From Nitrososphaeria archaeon (GTDB lineage: Archaea; Thermoproteota; Nitrososphaeria; JACIWG01), in the NCBI GenBank assembly GCA_050011875.1, contig JBEKIG010000004.1:1-64000 (forward strand): 64,000 bases of DNA, given 5' to 3'. The translations under genes were made by a program, and so were the position numbers. The notes under the pieces are model-generated. The model had not been told where the DNA came from and searched no databases. It saw only the letters and a program-made list of their open reading frames with translations. Positions 30,801 through 40,915 of this stretch are shown here, one piece after another; the first letter of the stretch is position 1, and every line of letters begins with the position of its first letter.

Positions 30801-31208
30801 CTAAGCTCTCCTACCTCTTCTTCCGCCGGCCTTTCTTGTGGTATCATGTGGTAAAGGAGTTACATCTTCGATTCTAGCAATCTTGAAACCAGCTCTCGCA
30901 AGGGCTCTGAGGGCCGCATTTAAACCAGGTCCAGGCACCCTAGGCCCTGTGCCTCCTACTGCCCGAACCTTAATTATTATCGAAGTTATACCTTTGTTCT
31001 TCGCTTCCTCAGATGTAGCCATAGCTGATTTAATTGCAGCGTACGGTGAGGACTCGTATCTGTCCGCTTTAACATGTCTACCTCCAGAACTTATTGAAAT
31101 AGTCTCAGCCCCTGATAGGTCTGTAAAGTGAAGGATGGTATTATTATAGGAACTGTAAACGTGGACAATAGCCCATTTTTCTTCCTCAGCACCAGCTGGC
31201 TTAGACAT
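30801..31208 (-). CDS. rps11: 30S ribosomal protein S11
   Basis: [20 protein letters not shown]. Confidence 0.98.
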   Translation of the reverse strand: MSKPAGAEEEKWAIVHVYSSYNNTILHFTDLSGAETISISSGGRHVKADRYESSPYAAIKSAMATSEEAKNKGITSIIIKVRAVGGTGPRVPGPGLNAALRALARAGFKIARIEDVTPLPHDTTRKAGGRRGRRA

Positions 31209-31726
31209 TATTTACCAGCCTCCGGTTGAGCTCCGATTAGAGCCTTCAGAGGGCTATCATCTCTAAGCTTGACGGATTCTTCATCCTGTGCTCTTACGAG
31301 CATACTCGGACGCCTAACGACATGATCCCCTGCAGAAACATGGCCATGAACAATAAACTGACGGGCCTGAGTTGGTGTCTTAGCTAAGCCCTTCCTCCAA
31401 ATAAAAGTCTGAAGTCTTCTTTCCAAAATGTCTTCAACTGTCAGGCTCAGCACATCATCTATAGTAGAATTTTTATCGATTAAAGCGTAATTTAAAAGCT
31501 TGTTTAAAAGAAACTTTTCCTTTACATTACGCTCAGTCTCAGGCATAGCCAAAAGAAGCCTTGCCTGTTCTCTTGTATTGGAGAGAAGGGTTTTTGCCTT
31601 CCATAACTCGCGTTTGTTCCTAAGCCCATACGTTCCCACCAGTTGGAGTTCTCCAACAAGAACGTCACTCCTCCAAGGCATTCGGGGAGTACTATATGTT
31701 TTCCTAGGTTTCTTAGGATCTCCCAT
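31208..31726 (-). CDS. rps4: 30S ribosomal protein S4
   Basis: [31 protein letters not shown]. Confidence 0.98.
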   Translation of the reverse strand: MGDPKKPRKTYSTPRMPWRSDVLVGELQLVGTYGLRNKRELWKAKTLLSNTREQARLLLAMPETERNVKEKFLLNKLLNYALIDKNSTIDDVLSLTVEDILERRLQTFIWRKGLAKTPTQARQFIVHGHVSAGDHVVRRPSMLVRAQDEESVKLRDDSPLKALIGAQPEAGK

Positions 31727-31774
31727 AACTATCCCCTAAAAGCACACCTGCGTCCGCATAACCATAAAATTAAG

Positions 31775-31781
31775 TTATAAA
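31775..31781 (-). promoter_or_regulatory. TATA box of a probable internal promoter for rps4-rps11-rpoD
   Basis: TTTATAA preceded by A-rich BRE-like AAACG in the 89-bp gap between rps13 and rps4. Confidence 0.5.
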
Positions 31782-31815
31782 CGTTTGCATTTGAAGAGCG
31801 CATTAAACAGACACT

Positions 31816-32340
31816 CTACTTTTTAGCTTCTTCGGGTGCGTGTGTGGCCGAGGACGCTGGGGCCGCCTGTCCAGCGACTGCAGCAGGTCTAGCAACCCCT
31901 TTTCTCACACCAACTGTCAGCCCTTTCCTACCCGTCGTTCTAGTCCTCTGCCCCCTAACTTTTAATCCAAGAGAGTGTCTTATACCCTTCCAGCTCATCG
32001 TATCCCTCTCCCTTCGAATATCATCTTTTATGATAAAATCCAGGTCGGAGCCTATTAGATGTATGTTGGAACCAGAAGATGGATCTTTCCTTCTGTTCAG
32101 AAGGTATGCGAGATCCAACTTGCTTTGAAGATTTTTTGTATATTCATCTATCCTATTTAGGTCAGCTTCGGAAAGCGAACCCAACCTCGTATCAGTGTCA
32201 ATATTTAGCTTGTTTAAAATGGCGTTTGCAGTGTTAAAACCTATACCTTTAATATCCGCTAGAGCGGGTAAAATCTTCTTTTTACCGTTAAGGTCTTTCC
32301 CACCTAACCTGATTATTTGTCTAAACTCCGATGATGACGT
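31816..32340 (-). CDS. rps13: 30S ribosomal protein S13, apparent ACG start codon
   Basis: Frame extends 52 codons upstream of the ORF-track start: (ACG)SSSEFRQIIRLGGKDL...IKGIG...; C-terminal WKGIRH, VRGQRTRTTGR. Confidence 0.93.
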   Translation of the reverse strand, partial: TSSSEFRQIIRLGGKDLNGKKKILPALADIKGIGFNTANAILNKLNIDTDTRLGSLSEADLNRIDEYTKNLQSKLDLAYLLNRRKDPSSGSNIHLIGSDLDFIIKDDIRRERDTMSWKGIRHSLGLKVRGQRTRTTGRKGLTVGVRKGVARPAAVAGQAAPASSATHAPEEAKK

Positions 32341-32412
32341 ATTCTCCTCGCCTTACAAACTCCCTAAATTACTCCTTATTAAATAGTTTTTTGTTAAAAC
32401 AAGAAAATATAA

Positions 32413-32709
32413 TCAAAACTTTTGATATTTCCATTCTACGACATCGTCAGCTGAAAGGACAGTCTTAAGCGGGCCCGAATTGGATGCGACGCCGTTAACG
32501 TACAAGGACCAGTAACGTGAGGAGCCTACATCGTTTGAAATGCCAAAGAAGCTAGAAATAGCGAAATCTCCGTACTCGGCGGAGTAATTATAGTCTACGA
32601 CATCACCAAAAGCCAACAGTGTAGCATTAAATGCTGAAAAACCGTTTCCTGCGATAAAATGAACTGCCTTTGCTTACATGGTTCCGTTATTAAAATTTAC
32701 GACGACTAA
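32413..32709 (-). pseudogene. Remnant of a second DUF4430 domain
   Basis: In frame with 32710-33186 but after TGA and with an internal TAA; NFNNGT...FNATL...YWSLYVNG...DVVEWKY. Confidence 0.65.
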
Positions 32710-33186
32710 TCATGGAGATGGGAGATTTTTAGTATTTTCGAAATACCATGCAACGATGTCGTTATTCTTTAAGCTATAAGCATCCGCCCCTACCGATCCA
32801 AGTGTCCAAGAGTGTGAAGCGCTATTCCAGACCCACCAAATCCAATAATAAGACACTGTGCTTGACACCCCATTTATTGCAGTGATAAACGAAGGCCCAT
32901 AGACAGACGAGTAGTTAACATTCCCATTTGTTACTTTGACGGTTGCATTATAGAGCGACCACCCTATGGGTATTAGCGTTTGGTTGTACCATGTTTTTGT
33001 CCCGTTATTATCTAATAATATGTTTACAGTATATGAAACAACTCCCAACTTTGCAAGTTCCTCATTGTATTGTCTCTTCATGGTCACGTATTCTTGGTGA
33101 TAGTATATTGTTGTTGCTGCAGTGATCATCGAAACAAGTAGGAAAACAATTAGCCCTATAGTCAGTATTCTTTCGTGTTGACTCAT
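32710..33186 (-). CDS. Membrane-anchored DUF4430 protein (ECF-associated, cobalamin-binding-like)
   Basis: N-terminal TM; FITAINGV, YWIWW, GADAYSLKNNDIVAW. Confidence 0.85.
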   Translation of the reverse strand: MSQHERILTIGLIVFLLVSMITAATTIYYHQEYVTMKRQYNEELAKLGVVSYTVNILLDNNGTKTWYNQTLIPIGWSLYNATVKVTNGNVNYSSVYGPSFITAINGVSSTVSYYWIWWVWNSASHSWTLGSVGADAYSLKNNDIVAWYFENTKNLPSP

Positions 33187-33755
33187 GCCTTGCCACCTCC
33201 TGTAAAAGTTCTTATGACTTTAGTTAACGGATAGACTGCAGAAAAGAATAGGATAAAGTTACTCGCCTCATGCAGGATTCCAAAAAAGGGAGGAATAAAC
33301 CATCCAACCACAATTGCGGTTACTAGTGGCACATCGAAGACGACTGCGAAAACAATGTTCGTGAACAGGTCGTAGATTATGGTGAGGACTAGACCCCATA
33401 GACCTATCTCAAGGCTGAATCTGAAGACGTTAAAGGTTTTTTCTGTGGTTTTATAGCTTATTCTTCCTAAGATTCCGCCCACAATTCCAAAGGCAGCTTC
33501 GCCAACCATGGTCGACATCAATACGGGGAAACTGAAGCCAAAAGGGTTTATAGCACCATACACTATCCACACCAATGCTCCAGTAGTTGCGCCTATGGAT
33601 GCGCCAAATACAAAGCCGGTGATGAAGACCACTAGATCCATGATTTTTATGTTTGGTAACCCTATGAGGGCGTAGTTCCCACCGACGCACAGGGCTGTGA
33701 GTACCGTGATTAGGCTTATGTCTCTGACCGTTAAGTGAGGGAATAAGATGTTCAT
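33183..33755 (-). CDS. ECF transporter S component (probably corrinoid)
   Basis: About 6 TM helices, LPNIK, FGILHEASN; coupled to the DUF4430 gene. Confidence 0.8.
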   Translation of the reverse strand: MNILFPHLTVRDISLITVLTALCVGGNYALIGLPNIKIMDLVVFITGFVFGASIGATTGALVWIVYGAINPFGFSFPVLMSTMVGEAAFGIVGGILGRISYKTTEKTFNVFRFSLEIGLWGLVLTIIYDLFTNIVFAVVFDVPLVTAIVVGWFIPPFFGILHEASNFILFFSAVYPLTKVIRTFTGGGKA

Positions 33756-33916
33756 AGGATGTTCATAACCATTGTAACGCTACGGCAGTAGCAGTTATGC
33801 TTGATATTAGCGCTATTTTTTTTATTCTATTTTCCATCATGGTTGGATTATCCAACCAGCTTAATAAAGTATTAAACATCTAAACCCTAAAATGAAAGAT
33901 GGGTTGATTTATAAGA

Positions 33917-35266
33917 TTAGAAGGGTTCGGGATGAATTGTAACCACGCATTCTCCGGTGTATTTCTTGATCATGTTTTCGATAACATTAATTTCTTTATG
34001 GACTTCTTCAATAGAATCTATGCCATTGAATGAGCATGTGATGTCCACATATTTGTTGCCCTTACTCTTGTAAATCTTTATTGAGGAAACCTTCTTTATC
34101 TTTTGATCAGAGGCCAGTATCTTGGTAATGCCGCTGATATCTTCCTCTTCATAAATGATTTCTCCTCTGCTTGTGTCAGAGGAAGCTTCTATGTGAACTG
34201 TCGTCTTTTGAACGTTAGGGAAAAAGAGTTTAATATCTTTTTCAATCTTTTCGGAAATCTGATGAGCCTCTGACAATGGAAGATTGGGATTAACTTCAAT
34301 GTGGAGGGTTAAGAATGTCCCTTCCTCTGTTTTTGTCGAAATTATCTGATGAACGTCTTTAACATTTTTGTTCTTCATAACAACTTTTTCGACTTGATCT
34401 GAAAAAGGCAATTCTTCCTCTGCTGGTTCGTAATGAACCATAATCGTAGCGTTTTTAATTAAACTTTTGATCCTCTCTTCTACGGTTGACGAAATATTGT
34501 GGGCGCTCTCTATGTTGATCGTAGAAGACAATAATATTGTAACATCAATGAAATATTTTGTTCCAACCTTCCTCATCCTAAGCGACCTAAATCCCTTAAG
34601 TCCATCGATATTCTCCAGTAAGGATTCAACAGCTTTATACTCTCTAGCAGGGGCTATATCGCTCAATTCTAGGGAAGCGTTATAGATCAGCTTTAAACTT
34701 AGAAAACCGAGCATACAACTAATGAACAGTGAGCCAAGTGTGTCAGTGAAAACAAAGCCGAAGAATGAAAGAGTTAGACCCAATAATGCCACTATAGTTG
34801 AAGAAAAATCCGAAAGGGCATTAAAAAAGTTTGCTCTGGCAGAGATTGAGCCTTTGATATTTCTTAGAATCATAATTCTGAAAACATCTGTACACAGGGT
34901 GTAGAACACAGCGACAAAAGCGAAAGCCGCAAACTCTTTGGATAGATGCACACTTTGGGAGAACCTAATTATTGATTCATAAAACAGTAGGGACGCGATT
35001 CCAAAAAGCGCAATACCTCCAAATTGTCCGCCGAGCGTTTCGATCTTCTCATGACCGTATGTATGGTCGATGTCAGGAGGCTGCAATGAGATTTTCGTAG
35101 CGTAGAGCAACCACGCTGTTGTTACGGCGTCAAGGGCAGCGTGAGCTGCGTCGGTAATTACAACCAAACTATTAGCTAGGAAGCCTGCTGCGAATTCGAA
35201 AAGAACTACTGATAAAATAGCGTAGAGAGACCATTTGATCGCTCTAACTTTATCAAAATCGCTCAT
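33917..35266 (-). CDS. Cation diffusion facilitator with three C-terminal dimerisation domains
   Basis: DAAHAALD, HTYGHEKIE; three AH/VH...HxE-type ZT_dimer repeats. Confidence 0.92.
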   Translation of the reverse strand: MSDFDKVRAIKWSLYAILSVVLFEFAAGFLANSLVVITDAAHAALDAVTTAWLLYATKISLQPPDIDHTYGHEKIETLGGQFGGIALFGIASLLFYESIIRFSQSVHLSKEFAAFAFVAVFYTLCTDVFRIMILRNIKGSISARANFFNALSDFSSTIVALLGLTLSFFGFVFTDTLGSLFISCMLGFLSLKLIYNASLELSDIAPAREYKAVESLLENIDGLKGFRSLRMRKVGTKYFIDVTILLSSTINIESAHNISSTVEERIKSLIKNATIMVHYEPAEEELPFSDQVEKVVMKNKNVKDVHQIISTKTEEGTFLTLHIEVNPNLPLSEAHQISEKIEKDIKLFFPNVQKTTVHIEASSDTSRGEIIYEEEDISGITKILASDQKIKKVSSIKIYKSKGNKYVDITCSFNGIDSIEEVHKEINVIENMIKKYTGECVVTIHPEPF

Positions 35267-35320
35267 GCGACCCTTTCTTCTCCTAAATCAGGAGTTTTAG
35301 GTGAGAGATTTAAGGATATT

Positions 35321-35941
35321 TTATAAGTTCAGTGTTAATGCAGCCGCAAAACATCCTAGGTACGCCTGCTGAGTGCTTCCGGCACCACAGATTATTATGA
35401 TATCTCCATTATTAGGGGATATCGAAATCCTGATCTTCTCCCACGTCTCTTGTGGGTACAGAGCTTCGCAGTCTTCCCCACTTGGAAATTTAAAGTGCTC
35501 ATTTTCATATTCCAATGTTATGGCACCCTTAGCGCCATACCTTATGGATTCGTCCCTTTGTTCAATTCCGTAGGACACTCTCCCTCTACCCTTATCAACT
35601 CTAACTATAACACTAAACTCACCTAAAGAAAGCGAACCAAAGGATCCTTCTTTGAGCGTTGGGAATACAGACTTTAGCTTAGAAAAAAATGTTAAACCGC
35701 TTTCACTTAATAGGACACCTTCCCTAGTTATGTTAATTATGCCTTTCTCCTTTAACCTTCTAAGCATAGTCCTAACAGAGCCTTCACCAAGTCCAAGGAA
35801 ATCAGAAATTTCAGAACGGCTCTTTGGAGAAAGTTCACCCAACCAATAAATAAGAAGGCCCATGTATACGTGGTCAAAGGATTCCATAGGACCAGTGTAC
35901 TTTTTTTGGGAAATATCTTGAAGCTCGCTTGTTATGGTCAT
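35321..35941 (-). CDS. HTH protein with a DUF4443-like C-terminal domain
   Basis: LGLGEGSVRTMLRRL, GIEQRDESIRYGAKGA. Confidence 0.8.
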   Translation of the reverse strand: MTITSELQDISQKKYTGPMESFDHVYMGLLIYWLGELSPKSRSEISDFLGLGEGSVRTMLRRLKEKGIINITREGVLLSESGLTFFSKLKSVFPTLKEGSFGSLSLGEFSVIVRVDKGRGRVSYGIEQRDESIRYGAKGAITLEYENEHFKFPSGEDCEALYPQETWEKIRISISPNNGDIIIICGAGSTQQAYLGCFAAALTLNL

Positions 35942-36177
35942 GACGTTTTAAGAATGGCGATTCGTAAGTTTATAAGGCTTAGTGTTTTTTCTTTCCAATT
36001 AAAAAGAATTTTCCTATTTCTGCGTTAGACCAGACCTGTGATCGCTAAATTATTTGTTTTTATCAAAATACACTTAAACATAAAAGTTTTAAAAAAGAGC
36101 GAAGTATCTAAGATTGTATGTTGGCATCGACAATTGGGAAACATCGGTTTTAGCTAATTATTAGGTCTATACTAGGC

Positions 36178-37173
36178 TTATTGGTCATCGATTATTACAT
36201 AATCATTTGGGTTAGGAGTGGAGTAGCTAAGTATGGTCAATGGTTCACTAGAGGAAATCTTGTGCTTTTTAAGGGGAAGGATGTGGACTACATCTCCTTC
36301 GCTGACCTTGACCTTTTCGTCATCCAGATCGAGGTACCCTTCACCCGAAATAATATGGATTGTCTCATCCCTTTCCATATGATAATGCATGGGAATGGAG
36401 CATTCTTTCATAACATAGTACTGCGTTGTCATATACTTGTCCGAAATCGCTATACTTTTTTCGTACCCCCAAGGCTTGTCTATTCTGTTAACGAACTCCT
36501 TTTTAACTATCTCAAGATCCTTTTGGGAGTCAACTGATTGCCAGAATGCACCTTCTTCCATATAGTAGTTGAGCAGACCTTCTTTAGCGAGAGACGGAAA
36601 CACTGCCTTTTCAACAGCGCCTTCATCAAAAGCCAGAAACCGATCTTTTATGCTACAGTCTATAATATAAATGCCTGCGTTAATATAATATGGTAAAGTA
36701 GGCTTTTCTTTGAAACCGCTTATCTTACCATTAGAAAGTTCAACTATACCGTAAGGGGAAACAAGTTTTGTCACTGCAATGCTTGCAGTGTTAATAGTAA
36801 AATGATCAAGCATCTGTCTGATGTTCATGTCGGTTACAATATCACCGTTCATTACAAGATAACGTTGGAAGTCATATTCCTTAAGGAGGCTATTTATCGC
36901 ATATAATGTGCCACCTGGCTTCTCCTCTATTGAGTATGTGATTTTCATGCCATTCCAGCTTTTTCCGTATTTTTCTTCTATCTTCTCATGAAGATAACCA
37001 GAAAGAAGGCAGACCTGCCCGATCCCAGCATATTTCATTTGGAAGAGTTGTCTGTCCAAAATAGAATAATTTTCTTTTATCTCAATCAGTGACTTGGGAG
37101 TATAATCGGTAATGGGTCTTAGCCTCTTGCCCAGCCCTCCACAAAGTATTCCACCTATTATATTATTAGACAT
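36178..37173 (-). CDS. Sugar-phosphate nucleotidyltransferase with a C-terminal cupin
   Basis: LCGGLGKRLRP..PK, NGD, KEKP, INAGIY; KPWG, HYH...ET cupin. Confidence 0.92.
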   Translation of the reverse strand: MSNNIIGGILCGGLGKRLRPITDYTPKSLIEIKENYSILDRQLFQMKYAGIGQVCLLSGYLHEKIEEKYGKSWNGMKITYSIEEKPGGTLYAINSLLKEYDFQRYLVMNGDIVTDMNIRQMLDHFTINTASIAVTKLVSPYGIVELSNGKISGFKEKPTLPYYINAGIYIIDCSIKDRFLAFDEGAVEKAVFPSLAKEGLLNYYMEEGAFWQSVDSQKDLEIVKKEFVNRIDKPWGYEKSIAISDKYMTTQYYVMKECSIPMHYHMERDETIHIISGEGYLDLDDEKVKVSEGDVVHILPLKKHKISSSEPLTILSYSTPNPNDYVIIDDQ

Positions 37174-37203
37174 CGCGTGTACACTTTTATGTAATTCATT
37201 TTA

Positions 37204-38421
37204 CTACTTTTTTTCGAGAAGCTCTTTTACAGCCTTATTGATTCTGGCTACACCCTCCTGTATAGCTTCTGAGCTCGATGCAAAAGATAATCTGATGAAC
37301 TCGTATCCAGCTTTATCCGGAAATACAGAACCAGGCAAAGTTACAACGTAATATTTGTTTATCAGGCGCTCAACAAGATCTTCCGATGAAATTCCTGTCT
37401 CTCTAGTAAACTTGGATACGTTCGGAAACATATAGAATGCACCTTTACTGGGCCAGACCTCAAAGCTTGGGACCTGCCTAAGCAACTTTGCCATTAGATC
37501 CCTGCGTTTTTGGAAAAGCTGTATCATGCTCTTAACAGGTTCCCACGTGCCTGTGATTGCTGCAACCGCGCCCTTCTGTGCGAAGCTTGTAGGGCAGGAG
37601 TATATATTCACGGCGAGCCTTGTTAGCTTTCTTGCGACATCTTCTTTAACGACCGTGTACCCTAAACGCCAACCTGTCATTGAGAACGTCTTGCTAAATC
37701 CATTTAAATAAACGACATAATCTTTCCAGTCGCTTTCTGTAAGAATACTTTTAAACTCTGCATTATCGTATATGAAGTTATCGTATATTTCATCGACCAA
37801 TAAAACTAAATTATTTTCCTTCACTATTTCATAAACTTTTTTCACTTCGGAAGGTTTGAACAAAGCTCCGGTAGGATTTTGGGGGCTGTTCAAAACGATC
37901 ATCTTCGTTTTCTTTGTTACCGATGAGCGAATCTTCTCTACATCAAGACCGAAGCCCATTTCTGGCCCCAACCACCTGAGAGGCACAAACACCGGCTTAG
38001 CACCTACAAAGTACGCTACTTCAGAGTACGCTGGGAAAGCTGGTTCAGGGATGATGATTTCTTCACCGGGATTAAGATATGAAGCAACGCTTAGAAATAT
38101 AGAAGCTTTGCCACCAGGTGTGACTATGATTTCCGAGGGTTTAACACCAGCCGCATACCGCCCATTAAGATATGACGCTATGCCGTCTCTTAGTTCTGGA
38201 ATCCCAGCTGTTTCAGTGTAACCAGTAAAGCCTTCATCTAAAGCCTTCTTTGCTGCTTCAACAATATGAGGAAAAGTTGGAAGGTCAGGCTGGCCTACGC
38301 CAAATGTGATCACGGGGAGCCCTCTGTTTGCAAGCTCTCTGGTTTTGCCTACGTAGATAAAGGCAGCTTCACCTATTAATTTTGGAACAATCGGCTTAAT
38401 ATTTTCGGTTGGAGATTTCAA
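37204..38421 (-). CDS. Class I/II PLP-dependent aminotransferase (aspartate aminotransferase-like)
   Basis: NSPQNPTG, DEIY, FSKTFSMTGWRLG. Confidence 0.95.
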   Translation of the reverse strand: MKSPTENIKPIVPKLIGEAAFIYVGKTRELANRGLPVITFGVGQPDLPTFPHIVEAAKKALDEGFTGYTETAGIPELRDGIASYLNGRYAAGVKPSEIIVTPGGKASIFLSVASYLNPGEEIIIPEPAFPAYSEVAYFVGAKPVFVPLRWLGPEMGFGLDVEKIRSSVTKKTKMIVLNSPQNPTGALFKPSEVKKVYEIVKENNLVLLVDEIYDNFIYDNAEFKSILTESDWKDYVVYLNGFSKTFSMTGWRLGYTVVKEDVARKLTRLAVNIYSCPTSFAQKGAVAAITGTWEPVKSMIQLFQKRRDLMAKLLRQVPSFEVWPSKGAFYMFPNVSKFTRETGISSEDLVERLINKYYVVTLPGSVFPDKAGYEFIRLSFASSSEAIQEGVARINKAVKELLEKK

Positions 38422-38500
38422 TCCAATACGCCTCTTTCTATGATGAATTTTAAGTTAATAAATTTTTGCAAAAAAGATGCAAGAAAAACTATTTTTAATA

Positions 38501-39439
38501 CTACATTGTCACATAATCTTTAGCAACATCCAAAACGGCTCGCAAGAGATTCTGTAGTTCGTCTCCTATCATGTAAGTCATAGGCTCTAAGCCGAAGGCT
38601 CCTTCATCAAAGACAACAAACAAGGGTTCATTTTTTGATTTGATTATGTTCTTCACGCCTTCTATGACACCATTCTCACTAGGCTTTCCACTATGTTCGG
38701 TCTTAGCGTAGGGAAGCTTTATTGATTGAACAACAGACTTCAGCTTTTCATCGAACTTTACATTGATCACGGCTTTATAGTTTGGGTTCGTTCGTTGAAT
38801 TTCAAGTAAAAGTTTTGCTATATGACTCTGAATTCCGAATTCAGGGGATGAAGTAGCTTTAGCTAGATTTCTAACCCGCACGATTCTTCCCGGTACCGTT
38901 GCGATATCGTCGATGGTTTCTGCTGAGCCCGATGATGCCGCAATGTTAACGTAAACCTCAGGTATTATCGCAGCAAAGTAAGGAGACGTTTCAATTGAAG
39001 AAATAGCTCTTATCATGGATTTTATGAGCTCTCCCTTTTCCTCATTATATCTGGTGAATGAAAAGAGCTTCACACATGCTGTACAATCTTTTACGGCAGA
39101 TACTTTCTTTCTGTGTAAAGCGCAGACCTGTCCACCTATTACAAGTTCACGCCAGATGGCGTGCAACGTTTCAACTGATCGAGGAATGTTTGATACGACA
39201 TCATCCGCTAACATTTCTATATCTCTGTCCATCGACTTCTCGTTCAAACCTATTTCCACCAACTTCTTTCTAAAGTAAGAAGGATTTTTTCCAAGGTAAT
39301 AGCTTATAGATGGCTGAGTGATTCCAAGTGACTGTGATATCTGAGTCTGCGAGTATCCCCTGCCTTTCAGCTTATGGGCTACGAGGCCTCGCATGTTCGG
39401 AAGGAAATCCTTTGACATAATTTCACAAAACGAGAACAT
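38501..39439 (-). CDS. thiR: HTH-ThiN thiamine-responsive regulator (ThiR-like)
   Basis: N-terminal HTH (SQTQISQSLGITQPSISYY); ThiN domain IPEV, PGRI, PEFG, GLEP. Confidence 0.8.
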   Translation of the reverse strand: MFSFCEIMSKDFLPNMRGLVAHKLKGRGYSQTQISQSLGITQPSISYYLGKNPSYFRKKLVEIGLNEKSMDRDIEMLADDVVSNIPRSVETLHAIWRELVIGGQVCALHRKKVSAVKDCTACVKLFSFTRYNEEKGELIKSMIRAISSIETSPYFAAIIPEVYVNIAASSGSAETIDDIATVPGRIVRVRNLAKATSSPEFGIQSHIAKLLLEIQRTNPNYKAVINVKFDEKLKSVVQSIKLPYAKTEHSGKPSENGVIEGVKNIIKSKNEPLFVVFDEGAFGLEPMTYMIGDELQNLLRAVLDVAKDYVTM

Positions 39440-39658
39440 TCAATAATCTACTTATAAAGTGGGTTATAAAAACTTAGCTTAAGAAGAATACGTTTAAGGT
39501 TGCTGGTTAAACTTCTAAAAAAGCAGAATTATATTAGAAGAGTTCGAGATTTGCAATGGTTCTTTTAAGATAGGAAGTTTAGATTCCTATAATATAAAAC
39601 CTATCCATCCAGACCGCACGAAAAGATTATATTTGAATAGGATTCTGAGAAAAAGTTA

Positions 39659-40720
39659 ATGCTCTACGTCATCCACACAACGGGGCAGTGCAACCTAAAA
39701 TGTGCCTATTGCGGTGGAAGTTTTCCAAAACAATTCGTGCCATGGGAGATAAAGTATAGCATCAGCTCCCTTAAAGAAATCGCTAAACGAGAAGAAATAG
39801 ACATCTGCTTCTATGGAGGAGAACCTCTATTAAACGGGGAGTTCATAAAAGAAGTGATCAAGTGTGTTCCTGCCAAGAGATTTATTGTACAGACGAATGG
39901 CCTTCTAGTAAAGGAATTTGATCCAAAATTCTGGGAAAACTTCGATACAATTCTTCTTTCAATAGATGGCGTTAGGGACGTCACAGATTTCTATCGTGGT
40001 GAAGGCATCTACGATAGAGTAGTTGAAGCAGCGCACATTCTCAAGGAAAGTGGGTATAGGGGCGATGTTGTTGCGAGAATGGCACTGGCCGAAGAAGGAG
40101 ATATTTTTAGAGACGTAACCCATCTCCTTTCTCTAAACCTTTTCAATCACGTACATTGGCAATTGAATGTGGTTTGGAGCCAAGCTTGGAAAAATTTCGA
40201 AAAATGGGTTGAAACTAATTACATGCCAGGCATAAAAAAGCTGGTCTATTATTGGATAAATAACATGCAAGAGGGAAGAGTGTTGGGGATCGCGCCTTTC
40301 CAGGGCGTTTTAAGGAGGATGATCTATGGGGGAGTGGCGCCACCGTGCGGTGCGGCTACTGACATGCTTTCAATATCAACTGATGGGCGAATTCTAGCAT
40401 GTCCGATAGCTTTCGAAGAAAGATGGGCCGAACTTTCCACTTTAAATGAGAATAAGAAGGATTTCAGAACTTGCTTTATCAAAGAACCGTGTACTGACTG
40501 CGATGTCTTCAAAGAATGTGGAGGGAGATGTCTTTACGCCTACATGGAAAGGTTTTGGGGGGAAGATGGATTCAATAAGATCTGCGAATTCACTAAGGAA
40601 CTAATATTTATGATCAGAAGTGAAAGGAACAAAATACTTGATTTAGTGAGCAGAGGAAAAATCAGGGAGGAAGAACTCTTTTACCCCAGCTATAACAATT
40701 CAATAGAAATAATACCTTAG
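39659..40720 (+). CDS. Radical SAM/SPASM protein (archaeal AF_0577/TIGR04084-like)
   Basis: CNLKCAYC, YGGEPL, SIDG, CTDC..CGGRC, C-terminal EIIP. Confidence 0.9.
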   Translation: MLYVIHTTGQCNLKCAYCGGSFPKQFVPWEIKYSISSLKEIAKREEIDICFYGGEPLLNGEFIKEVIKCVPAKRFIVQTNGLLVKEFDPKFWENFDTILLSIDGVRDVTDFYRGEGIYDRVVEAAHILKESGYRGDVVARMALAEEGDIFRDVTHLLSLNLFNHVHWQLNVVWSQAWKNFEKWVETNYMPGIKKLVYYWINNMQEGRVLGIAPFQGVLRRMIYGGVAPPCGAATDMLSISTDGRILACPIAFEERWAELSTLNENKKDFRTCFIKEPCTDCDVFKECGGRCLYAYMERFWGEDGFNKICEFTKELIFMIRSERNKILDLVSRGKIREEELFYPSYNNSIEIIP

Positions 40721-40915
40721 ACAAAATTTCTTTTATAATTTCTAATTGAACCGCTGAGGATTCCCGTCTCCTTTCCGCTAAAGTTTCATCCGGGTCTAAT
40801 ATATGCAGTGCACAAAAAAGGTTGATAAAATCAAAATAGGCCTAAGGTTGAAACATAATGCGTTGACAAAAATTTGGCTATTTTGCTGGATTGGTCAGGG
40901 GTAGGGATTCGATTC

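Noticed and set aside
35937-35944. Another GTCATGAC at a start codon
   Set aside because: No TGTTCAAAA/TTTTGAACA arms at 12-bp spacing
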